Shown here piece by piece: positions 42,159 through 56,920 of a stretch of 64,000 nucleotides of DNA (its first letter is position 1; each line of letters opens with the position of its first letter). The DNA lies in NCBI GenBank assembly GCA_046563655.1, contig CM102285.1:8308001-8372000 (forward strand), in the 5' to 3' direction. The notes under the pieces are model-generated. The model saw only the letters and a list, made by a program, of their open reading frames with translations. It was not told the origin of the DNA and made no database searches. A program made the translations under genes and the position numbers. Source of the stretch: Yuukianura sp. NJ FZ-2021. Taxonomy: Eukaryota.

Positions 42159-42845
42159 GCTGCTGGCGTGAAGAGAAAACTAAACTCCTTTCGTCCTTTC
42201 AAAAAATAAACTTTGTCAAAAAAAGTTGACCGTAACTGAGACCTCGTATCGTCGTATGATTTTCTTACCGTAAAGGTATCCAAACACTTGCTAAGTGCCG
42301 CTGACCTGGCGTGCCCTTATCGAACTGCGAATTAGAACTTTGATTTGATATACGCGAACCGGAATCGGAAAGGGTAAAAAAGTAAGGAAGGAAAGCAATG
42401 ACTCACTTTACTTTTCTGACAAATTTATGACTATGACACAGAGACAGGGACGGACGGACAGGGGATATGTCCTGTGGTTTATTCTTTGCGTTTAAAAATG
42501 CAGTCAACAAACCTGAAGAAAGAAGTAAGCGTAACAGCTGACTTTTACCGTTGTTCGCCTTAATTTGAATTAAACACAAGTAAACTTACAACAAAACACG
42601 CTACTGTAACTGTAACTGCACCTTTATTTACTATTTTTTTTTCGTCCCCGTTATGAAACCACACAAAAAAAACTGTATAAAAAAAACTATAACTCTCGAT
42701 TTCCACTAGCACTGCGCCCTACGTGGGCATCGCTGCTTACGTCGTATTTTCCAGTTGAGTAAAAGATTGTAGCTTAATATTTTATTAATTATCAAAATTT
42801 ATTAGGCTAAGGCTAAACACAGTATTAACACTTAAAATAATTTTG

Positions 42846-43162
42846 GGTTGAAGTAAACTTTGAGTCGGGTCATTCTACCCCCCAAATTGCATTGTATTGT
42901 ACCCCCACATTATATTCTGTGGCGGCAAATCCAAAAAAGCAACAAATCGCCCCCTCTTATTTTTGGTTAGGTTAGGTTACGTTAACCTAACCTAACAAAG
43001 GACGGGGGGTACAGTACACAAATCTATGCGTAACTAAACAAATCAACAGTAGAGGGGGCGATTTGTTGCTTTTTTGAATTTGCCGCCAAGGATTCTAATG
43101 GCGGGGTACAATACAATGCAATTTGGGGGGTACAATGACCCGACTCAAAGTTTACTTCAACC
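42846..43162. mobile_element. MITE with GGTTGAAGTAAACTT termini
   Basis: ~110-bp inverted arms; 8-bp TSD TAATTTTG at 42838-42845 and 43163-43170; central GGTTAGGTTAGGTTACGTTAACCTAACCTAAC. Confidence 0.93.
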
Positions 43163-43449
43163 TAATTTTGAGTTGAAATAAGTGTGCATAAAGTATTCTT
43201 GAATTTGCCTTTTGTCCATAATTACTTGCCCAGCTGAACTTAGAGTTCAATTTACAATAACGTAAATGTGAGAGGAGCCCTTAGATGAATTCAAGTTTGG
43301 CAAAAATCAGCTGAATGCTGAAGGTTCGGTAGTTGTTTTTGTTTCTGGTCAACCTGAATTTAAGGAGTCAACTAAAAACTAAACACAATCGTCAAAGAAG
43401 ATTGCTGGTTGTTGGTTGTTGCTTAGAGCTAGTAAGGACTGCTGAATGG

Positions 43450-43477
43450 ACGATACGATACGATACGATACGACGAT
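43450..43477. repeat. (ACGAT)n microsatellite
   Basis: acgatacgatacgatacgatacgacgat. Confidence 0.8.
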
Positions 43478-43829
43478 GGTAGAAGGCACTAGGTGTTAAT
43501 AGTACGTTATGTTAAATAGTACGAATAGAGACTTAACAATAATAATACATTCTTTGACTTGGTTTCCAATTCCAGAAAGGACACCCAAACCATAAATTCA
43601 ATTAATTGTCCATTGCTCCAAGTCATAACCACACGAGGGTGAAAAGAAAGCCAAGTGGGAAACTAACAACGAAGGGTGGGTGACCGAATTTTCGCTATCG
43701 TTACGTTTTTCGATTTGCATTGGGTCTTAATCCTACTAGTAAGTGGAATAACTCGAGTCTTGTTTTGTTTTCGGTTTCCGGCTCGTTCCATTCCATGTAT
43801 TCGTTCATACTTGTTCGGAATCGTGAAGG

Positions 43830-45042
43830 ATGCCGAGGTATTGGGCCAGAATTGCCAAATGGTCGTCTACTACCAAGCTAATCTCGCCCAGAATTCGAAC
43901 CCGGCCAGATGAAGCTGTTCTGCACCACGTGAAGCGTCTTCCGCCGGCGTACCAAAAGTTCTACGACGAATGGCAAACTGACTCTACTCCCGTTCACTGG
44001 GTACCCACAACCGCTAACTTTGCTAGACATCCTACCAAGGGTATTGTGTAAGAAACTGTAACCTAATACTTCCATTAAAACCGAAGTTACGTTTTTATGA
44101 ATTGCATGCATCTAACTAGCCTTGTGTGTGTTCACCAGATCTGTTGTGAGAGAACGGCCGATCCCAGTTTTTTATCCGCATCAGAGTGACACGGGACTGT
44201 GGGGCGGCGAAGGAGTTGTCGAAGGACTCGTGAAGAAGGGCAAATACAGATGCCCAGTCCCTAGGTTTTGGGTTCCCGTTCTCCAGCGATCTGTTGTATA
44301 CAGCGAAATTTTGAACAAGTATTTAGCAGTGACAGTTACAACCAGAGCGCTCAAGCTGATCGACGAGTTCCAGGGTTTTGACTCTTATCTGCTCAAGGTA
44401 AACATTCGCTGTTAAGTTTATGCCAACATGTGGAAATCTACATCGTCTTAATTTTGATTTGTTATAGAATCCCGCTAATGAATTAAAGTCTTTGCTGGCG
44501 TTGAAGCTAAAACGTAGACTCCTGCTAGCTCTGGCGTCTCGGGACTTCCGTAGCGATAATCCTCAGAAGCAAGCGGAATTATTGGAGAAATACAAAACTT
44601 ACATGATTCCTGTAAGAATATACGAATTCTAAACTTGTTCTCATGGAATGTGCTGATTTGTTTTTCATGGTCGTGTTTCAACGATTTTCCAGATGGAAGA
44701 GATTGAATGGTACGGTCTGAGTGTAGAGGAGGCCAAAGCAAAATATGAATCTGAGCTGGAGGAAAGGCATACAGCAAAAATCGTCCCACTGAAAGTAGGA
44801 TTCCGTGCCGAATTACTGGAGAAACTAAAGGCTGAAGCCAAAATGAAGGAGGAGTCCAGTTTTAAAGAAGAATCCCAAGCGTAAGTCTTTCATTTTACTT
44901 TTCTTTTCCCTAACGTTGCAATCTCTCTTCCCCCATGTCAAGGTCAAGGCCCTAAACATCCCCCTCTTTGTTTGGCTTTTTCAGCTCCAGCGGTTGGCTC
45001 AACAAGTTGAATCCATTTAGTAAACCTGAACAAAGGCCCTAA
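43830..45042 (+). CDS. MRPL28: Mitochondrial ribosomal protein L28 (5 exons)
   Basis: RLPPAYQKFY.EW, PIPVFYP..GLWGGEGVVEG, WVPVL..VVYSEILNKY, GFDSYLL, EEIEWYGLS, C-terminal WLNKLNPF. Confidence 0.93.
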
Positions 45043-45507
45043 CAAGGTACGGTAGCGTTAGAAGTCCAGATTCATTGTACTCAAAGATGCGAATAAACTA
45101 ACGCAATCAAAATGTCTACTGAACGTGCGCAGCGCTGACTTTTCTCCTAGAATTGTTAAAAAAAATTGTATTCATATTTATTGACATTTCTTTTATCCTG
45201 TTTCCGCAACTAGCGTTAAGTAATTAAAACTTCTGGGCCTTAGTTACTCAAGACCAAAATTATGGAAAATTGAGAAACAATCAAGTTTAGCTGCGACTGC
45301 GAGCTGCGACTTCTATTATTTTCTGGAATTTCCGAAAGATGCAGAGTATTAGCTAACCCCTTCCCCGTAAAACGCCGCCGCCAGAAAACAAGCTCAGCTC
45401 AAAAAACATCAGCAAATGCAATGTGATAAAATGTGAAATACAGCCAGAAGCAAGACCGAGGAGATTGGATTGGACGCTTTACCACCTTTTACTTAACCAT
45501 TTTTAGT

Positions 45508-46187
45508 ATGGTATTGCTCAAAGGTTGGAGGTACGCAGCATTTGTTGGGACACTCGTTGGTGCCCTTGGACTTGCCATTTATCCAATAATTATCAGCCCC
45601 ATGATTGACTCTGACCCTTATAGTAAGTACTATTCACCGATTGTCTACACTTGCTTTTTCAATATTTACCGAATTAGCCAAATCTAAAACCTCATTCTCA
45701 GTCAGCTGTTTAGGTATAATGTAAATGTAATATAAGAATAATTTAATTGAGTAGTCCTTTGCTTTGTTCAGAAAAAGCTCAGAAGGTCAACCGTGCAGGC
45801 ATAATTCAAGAGAATATCCAACCAGGAAGTAAGTAACATTTCACAATTAATTGTCTTCACATTCACATCAACTTGTTCGAAAACCGTGCATGTAAATGTG
45901 AAAAGATTGACTATGGGAAACTACAGAGTCACTGCTGAAAACGCTGGGTAGCTCTATAATAACTACCCTCAACTTGAGGGTAGTTATAGAGATTACTGTT
46001 GTTAGGTATAGTTTATCCAGTTAATCGTAAAAATTTCGTAAAAATCGTTTAGGTATTACGCTAACCTCATGCTAAACGCCTAATATCGGTTTTAAGTTTA
46101 CTTCATTTTGGTTTTACATTTTATTTTTTTCTTGCAGATATGAACGTTTGGAGAGACCCATTTGATCGGAAGAAATCAGATGCTTGA
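45508..46187 (+). CDS. SMIM20: Small integral membrane protein 20 (MITRAC7 / phoenixin precursor homolog), 3 exons
   Basis: Spliced MVLLKGWRYAAFVGTLVGALGLAIYPIIISPMIDSDPYKKAQKVNRAGIIQENIQPGNMNVWRDPFDRKKSDA*. Confidence 0.92.
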
Positions 46188-46374
46188 AAAAGCCTAAGTA
46201 CTAGATCTTTTGTCTTCCTGGACACGTAGTTAACCCCCAATTTGTGGTATAGAATATTTACTTGTTTAGGTATGTTTATTGTTTACCTTGCCTTAAATAG
46301 AATCAATCATGTCGTTTTACTGTGTGCTGTAATTTTTACTGTTCATTTATTCCTGTAGAATACTCGGAGAAAAT

Positions 46375-47764
46375 ATGAACATTCAAAATAATCGTGCGGC
46401 CGAAGTTTTATACTCAACAACATACGTGGAAGATTATTTGGACACGGTCGAGAATCTTCCTGATGAAGTCCAGCGCCTTCTTTCTCGCCTTACCCTTTTA
46501 GATGCCGAGGGGAAAACGTACTTTGACAAGATTCATGGCTACTTTGCTCAGTTAGTTCGGCTCAAGCAAAGGAATAAGAGAGGCGACAATGAGGATGTTG
46601 CAAGAGAAATGCATCGTGTTTATGGACATGTTACCGTGACATTAATCAAGTCTCAGGAGATTGGTGACGAGAAAATTCAAGTTGCTCAGCAAATTCAAGA
46701 TTTTGTGGATAATCGCCTTCGACAGTTGGAAGTTGACCGTAAAACATTGGATTCTGTACAGAAGCAATCAGATGCCATCGAACCAACTACGTCGTCACCA
46801 TACTCTGTTCGTGGTGACGGTAATCACCGTCTCGTGTCCAATGATGCTTCTACTTCAGAGAGAGGGTTGAAGCGAGTACGTCGTGTGAGACTCGGACCAC
46901 CTATTATTCCCAATAAGCCTACTAATAACGTTACATCTACTACAACACCTCATTCACTCGTTACTTCAACAGACGAAAAACGTTCGGAAGAAAACTCGAC
47001 TTCCGTCAGAGCCTTGAAATCTGAAACATCAAGTTCAACATCGAATTCTGCATCAACGACAACAGCGCTAACCAACAGTGAAAGAGAAAAGCCAAAGGAG
47101 AAAGTGAAGGGAACCCCACAGCAACAAACTGCTTCCACATCTGGACCGTCCTCACAAGATAGCCGGAAAGATTCTGCATCTTCTTCGTCATCGCTTCCAG
47201 CAAAGAAACGCATGAGTGAGGCCGAACCGGTGGACATACCTGTGCAGTCTGTTCAGTCAGAAGTTAGTGCTGAGAGAAAATCCGATCATTTGTTGCGGAC
47301 TCCAAAAAAGAAGGAAAAGAAGATGGCCGTGGCCCAGAAGCAGGAAAGGAAGTCCTCGAGTGCTGCAACATCATCGGCATCGGCAGCGAAGCGATCAGCG
47401 ACGAAAAGGAAGGCACAGCAGGATGGAGCTATTGCTGGGGCTGATCCAGATGAGGCAACTTACTGCATCTGTGTTCAGATTTCCTACGGAGATATGATTG
47501 GCTGTGACAACGGTAAATTCGAAATGAAGATTAGTGCAATTTACTCTACGTTTGGCTGACGATTCTTGTTAATTTTGTGTTCGTTTCTTTGTAGACCTGT
47601 GCCCCATCGAGTGGTTTCATTTTTCGTGTGTTCAACTGACAGCTAAGCCGAAAGGAAAGTGGTACTGCCCAAGTTGTCGTGATGGCAAGGCAAATATTAT
47701 GAAGCCGAAAGAAGTTTTTCTCAAGGAACTGGAGCAATATAATCGTGAAAGAGAAGGACGCTGA
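46375..47764 (+). CDS. ING: Inhibitor of growth protein (ING1/2-like), 2 coding exons
   Basis: [31 protein letters not shown] finger [51 protein letters not shown]. Confidence 0.95.
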
Positions 47765-48282
47765 ATAACTTGAAACCAGCCGGGAGGAATCGACAGAAGT
47801 CAAATTTTCAACCCCCCACCGTCATGTTCTCAGAGTCTCTACGCTTCACGTGATTCTAACAATTTTAAATACTTCCAAACTCACTTAACTTACTAATGAT
47901 TCGATGATTTATTTCTAATTTGATTCGATTTGGATCCTGTTGAGGCAATAATTTTATCGTAAGAGTAAATTTTTTTAGTGGTAAGCGTTCTCCGTTTCTT
48001 GAATTATCAGTCTGCACTGCTACTATGCTCACTTACCAGTCACTTTCACTCTGACTTTCACTTTTAACGTTTTTGGAAGTGTTCAGAGGCTTGTACTGGG
48101 GAAATTTTTTTTCAATTTGATAATTCGCCTGGAAACAAGAAACAAACACTTCATTCAACAATTTTGGCGTTGTTGTGTTTGCCCTTCCCCCAACTTACGG
48201 AGAAGGCGTTACAGCATTCTAGCTGTTGAATTTTTGTCGATTTTTCTTGAGGGCATAGCTTACATCTTGTGAACCAGTCGAC

Positions 48283-50297
48283 ATGGACATTTCAACAATT
48301 TTGGAAAACTTGCGGGTGAGTATTTAACTACTATTTACATGTTTGTAGCGTTAATTGCTCTGTTTTTAGTAATTTTGTTGATTTCAAGGTCCTTGTGTCT
48401 TCGGAAGGTGAGGGCGGGTCAAGTGAAGTAAATGCCAAGGCCGACGATGGAGCCGTAAACGGCAAACGAAGCGAAGTCAAAGAGAAGTTGGATACACTGA
48501 GTGGGTTTGTAGAAATTGCTGGACCTGGAGCTAGAAAGGAAGCTGTTGTAGCCAACTCGTTTCGGACGTTGAGGAGCGCCTGGAAATGGATACTCTTACA
48601 AGAGGAAATTAAAACCGATCGAATGAATACGAGCTTTGGGGACAACGCTGATGAAAATGCGTAAGAATTTCTATATACTCGGCTACTTAACTTCTCACTT
48701 CTCGGCTACTTAATTTAATTTTTTGCAGGGTATCACTCTTAAGTCTTCGCGAAGCCCTCCTTCGTGCCATCAATTCGTTAACTCCTGGGTTTCCTGATGT
48801 GGTGGACATCGAAGTTGTAGCGGATTTGATAATGACGTTTCTTACGTTGGTTCTTTGCAAATTCAGTTCAATGCTTAAAAACGTATTTTGTTATTCTTAT
48901 GTTTTTCTATTTCTATTTTTAGCTTAAAAGAAGCTGGTGGAGACGAGGAAGTTTCAGAATCTATGAAGATTGAAGCGCTGAAAGCAATACGAAACATTTG
49001 CATCCGTTGCGAGCGAAACCGTGAATTTCTGACAAACCTAAAGTTGGACGAAGATGTTGAGCCCGATCCAAATGAAGATTCTGATCGCGGATCATTTGTC
49101 GCTGTTTTTTGTTCTTGGGCCAAAAACGGAAACTTGTCACCGATACTCATTCGTTACGTGAGTGAACCGACAACATTCGGCAGCATTCTGCTGTTTCTTT
49201 TCTTAAAACCAGTCTGAAATTACAATCTTACAGTGGTGTGAGGCTCTAGCTGCGTTTGTATCGAATGATGATAGACGAGTCGGTCTAACTCCAAATCGTT
49301 CCGAGGAACGCAAGAAACGTTTAAGTAAAAATGGAGGACTTACGACCTTGGTCGAATTTTTGTCAAGTAAGTTTACGTCACTCCATCATTGGATTTATTT
49401 CCTCTCAAACTGAATGCATTGTTGACTAAAATCATAATAATCTACAGATTTTCACGATTCGCGACAACTAAATCCAATCGTTTGTGCCGTGACGGTGATG
49501 GCTAGCAATCGGGAACTCTGCGACGTAATTCTTGAAGCTGGAGTATTCGGTCAAGGCAGTGCGCTGGAAATAATTTTGCAAAATTACACAAACATAGAAC
49601 GAGACGTAAAATACTTCACAATTTTATCAATATCCGAAATTAATCAAACGCTATTTACTAAACTTGGGATTTCAGCGATTAGTCGTCAATGCAATTTCCT
49701 GCATCAAAAATTTGACTGTGACTCCAGCGTTTCAAGAGGTTCTGAAGAAGTCGTTCATTGTGAAAAATATCCTCCGAGCAGCCATTAGGATGAAAGTGAG
49801 ATTCATTTCCGCATTTTCAAGATCACAATCTAGTCAAACTATGTTATTATTTATATTATTTATTTATTTATATTTACTTAAAATCGACATTCTACAGGAT
49901 AAAGTTGTTCTCCTTGAAGTGATCATCTCAGCCCTTGCAACTATTACCATCAATTCTCCTACTGCAGTGACCCAGTTGTTGAAAGAAAATGGACTTGACA
50001 CAATTTTTGGATTGATGAGCACCTACCAGGACAATTTGCCTCTCGTGGTAATGATCCAATCCCTCATTTCAGTACAAAATTATCTCTGATAATTGAATGT
50101 TTTTTAATTGATTTTGTTTGAACTTTCAGAAAAGTTTCTGTTTGATACTGGAAAATGTGGTGGCTTATGGCGGAGACATTGGGAAAAACACCTTGATTGA
50201 AAACGAGCGAGAAGTGTTACTCAAGAATTTGATCAACACTTATCCTGAACTAATTGACACATTTCTGAAGCCAACAATTCGAGAGCTTGGGCTATAA
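48283..50297 (+). CDS. Armadillo-repeat protein, ARMC6-like (multi-exon)
   Basis: KAIRNICIRCERNRE, LAAFVSNDDRRV, ALATITINSP, C-terminal KPTIRELGL* resemble ARMC6; divergent. Confidence 0.6.
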
Positions 50298-51561
50298 TGC
50301 TATAAAGCTCATAGTAATATTAATTTCTAGAAACCGAGAACACTACGCATATCATTTCATTTCCAATGAAGAATTGTTTAACACTTTGGAGAGACATTTT
50401 TGAAAACGACCATAAACATTGTGTGTCCATTTGATTGGTTTACGTGTCGTCGCCTGTTGCTTTGTTTTTAGAAAAATCAATATGTTGTAGCTTAGCTGTA
50501 GCTCCTCGTTTTAAAACGAAGTTAAGCGACCAAAAGAAAGTTCGTTCTATGTAGTAAGCCGCAACTGCGTTTTGGTTCGTGGATTTTCCAGAGTCTGGGG
50601 AAAGTAGGCTTCTCCGAAGTGAAAGCGGATTCAGTTCGCTGGCGCTCCTCGTGTCGGCTAAACGAAATTCAGGTTATTTCACCCTCAGTCCACAACGTTA
50701 ACAGTTTCCATTAGTTCAAATTAAAATTTCATTAGTACTTGGAAACAAAATATTTGGCGGAAGTTAGTGTCAAGTCAGACGAAAACGCCTGTGGAGTGTC
50801 TTTCAATACGTGCCATGACTTTGTGTTTTTGTCCATTTTAAGCGAAAGTGAAAGCAAATTTTCCTTTTTCTGCGGAACCAGAAATGAGTTAATCAGTGTT
50901 GCATGCCAATGTTGAACGACTAATTGTCGTTACTTGTGTGGATTCGAACCATTCTTCTGGTCTTGTCCATCCATGCCTATGTCATTTTGCGATTTAATGT
51001 TCGAGTCATGTGAAGTTGTACATAGGTTGTTAAATTTTTTTGAACCAAGACAACATAACAAAGATGACTCATCTTTTCATTTGTCATTCCTTATTGAGAT
51101 GAATCCAATCCAGAATCCAGATAATCCAGAAGAGAAGAGCCCTCCAGGAAATAGTTAAAGGAAATCACACTTCGAGACTCACAGTCTCATTCTCAGCTGC
51201 TGAGCTGCTTGACTTTAATTATTTCCTATGAGGCAGTATTCAATTAAACCCTTGTCACAAGAGAACACAAAAGTGTTGGATAACATTGTCCCACAAGAGG
51301 GACTTTCCATGACTAATTGTTTTTGTTCATCCGAACGAAATCATTCTGTACAGTCTATAAACTAAAGCAGGAGAAGGAATTGCATATGTTCTGTAAGTCA
51401 ATTAACTTTTTGTTTGATGATCCCACTGGATGAGAATTAATCATAAACTTCTTTTTTTTTAAGAGAACACGGGAAACGGGATTGTTTAATCATTTGGAGA
51501 TCTTTTCCTCATGATATCGATCGTTCCTTAAAGCGAAGAAGTCTTTCCTGTTCGGAGGGGA

Positions 51562-54897
<3,336 letters not shown>

Positions 54898-55593
54898 TTA
54901 ATTTTTCCTGGGAATAAGGCCTCTTCAATTCCACGTGCTACATGTTGCACCAGTTTCTGTGAAGATTCTACCAATATTAATTTGGCTACAACTTACATTA
55001 ACTTAGCATCCCATTTGCATTTGTGTTCTGAGTTGCACATGCACGTAAGATCACTTTGTATCTCGTTGTCGTGATTATTGTGATATCTCTTTTTCAGTTA
55101 CCGTCAAATAAAGATACAAGAAGATATGAGTCACATTCGGAAGGAACTGTAAGCGGATGAAGACGGTGTATTTTTAACTGTATACATTTTCTACACGTGC
55201 CCGTGGTTCCACGTGTATTTACCTGAAGATTACTTATTGTTAGTAATGCTGCAGCAAACAACAATGGAAATGGGCATAGTTTTTGTTTTAAGGTTTTTAG
55301 TACTGAAGGAATTGAAGGCACGTGTACGCGTGTCAAGTGCAAGTTACGATGCCATGCCAGTGACCCTTGAAAAGCCAAGCTGAACCGCTGCAGGAGCACC
55401 AGTCACAACAAGGAAGAGTTATCGACTAGTCGCAATTAACGTGCAGCATCTTTGACATTTTAGGAATTCTGTAGCTTTTGATTGCTGGAACTTACGAGGC
55501 AAGCAATTCAGGATTTAATGTAAGTCTTCAAAATAAGTAATAAAGATTCTATACGTCGTATTTATTAAGGTTTTGGCTTGATTTTTTTTTAGA

Positions 55594-56466
55594 ATGAGCG
55601 ATACCGAAAGCGAAAATACTGGCTCCAGTGTGCAGATTGAGGAAGAATGGACCCCAAGATTTTCGAATCGAATTCTGCTGAATTCTGATCGTACTACGAT
55701 CATTTTGATGCATCGTATTGAGCTCCAAGCAAAGAGGAATTCCATTTTGGAAAACCTACCCCGTCTTCGGCAAAGACGACGCAGCAGTTCGGCAATCAAC
55801 ACCTATGGAAGGGAGAATATGCCCAAGAAATTCGCTGCCTTGACTCCAATCTACTTGTCGGATTTAGATGTCCACGCAGAAGCCGCAGCCGAAGGGAAAC
55901 GCGTTGAGCTGGAAGTCATCGAACCTGCGCTGATCGGAGAACAAATTACACTCATTGGACAGGATGCTCGTGGTCGTGTGGTGCTGGTTGTCCTCAAAAT
56001 TCGAAATCTGAACAAGAAGGACACTCATGTTCAGGAAAAGGTTGGATTTGGAACTAGAATTTCTGTTGGGAATCCATTTTTGGTGAGAGGCGTTGGGTTG
56101 CTTCCGACGCTGGAGGTGGAAAGCGATGAGGATTTGTTCATTCACAAGGACAGAGATATCGGGAAGTGTCGGTTCTGTTTCAAAGGAGGTCCAAATCGAA
56201 TCAAGTGCCATGGATGTGACCGCGTCTTCTACTGCTCCAAGAAGTGCCTTACTTTCGACTGGAAAACGTTGAAGCATCACCTCATTTGCCAAGATGAAAC
56301 CTTGGGGAGGAAGCAACATGGAGACGATGATGGTTCTGCTTGGTGTTCGCTAGGACCTGCTCCATACTTTGCTTTCGTTGCACTTGGAGTGTTCTACTAC
56401 TATTTTGTGGCAAATGATCCTCAATTAATCAACAAAATTAGTAAGTTTTTCTCACAATTGTGGTAG
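55594..56466 (+). CDS. Intronless MYND zinc-finger protein with a C-terminal hydrophobic anchor, 290 aa
   Basis: CRFC..KCHGCDRVFYCSKKCLTFDWKTLKHHLIC; hydrophobic APYFAFVALGVFYYYFVA near the C-terminus. Confidence 0.85.
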   Translation: MSDTESENTGSSVQIEEEWTPRFSNRILLNSDRTTIILMHRIELQAKRNSILENLPRLRQRRRSSSAINTYGRENMPKKFAALTPIYLSDLDVHAEAAAEGKRVELEVIEPALIGEQITLIGQDARGRVVLVVLKIRNLNKKDTHVQEKVGFGTRISVGNPFLVRGVGLLPTLEVESDEDLFIHKDRDIGKCRFCFKGGPNRIKCHGCDRVFYCSKKCLTFDWKTLKHHLICQDETLGRKQHGDDDGSAWCSLGPAPYFAFVALGVFYYYFVANDPQLINKISKFFSQLW

Positions 56467-56920
56467 AATCTCTGAATTTTCATGCTGAGAATCAATTTTT
56501 CTAAGGAAAACATTTTCAAAAGTTTGCTAAAAGTTTGAAAACTTTTCTAAGGAGTGAATAATTTTTGTGAAGGATTCAATTCTTTACGAAGTGCAACCTT
56601 CTTTTAAGTTGATTTTACTTTGTTTTATTTTTTATTTTAATTGTGTCCAAATTCCATAATCGTTTTTAACCCATGTTTTAAACTGTCAGCAGGATATATG
56701 ATTTCCAATTTTAAGTTAATTTCCGCAAATCAGTTTTTAACTCTTCTACCGTTTTAATAAAACTGTATAATAAAATTTGCAAACCCACGCGTAGCAAGCT
56801 GTCTTATTCGTTTTTTTTTATTTTGTTTCATGTTCTCAAAGTAAGATGCGTATTTAACCCGAAAGTGAGGTTCAGAGTTCGTGACAGCGAAAATTTTGGT
56901 CACACTATTAAATGTTCTGT

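Noticed and set aside
46185..46375. Stop-codon readthrough fusing SMIM20 to ING
   Set aside because: An in-frame TAG follows shortly after the TGA, and the spliced spacer (98 nt) is out of frame.
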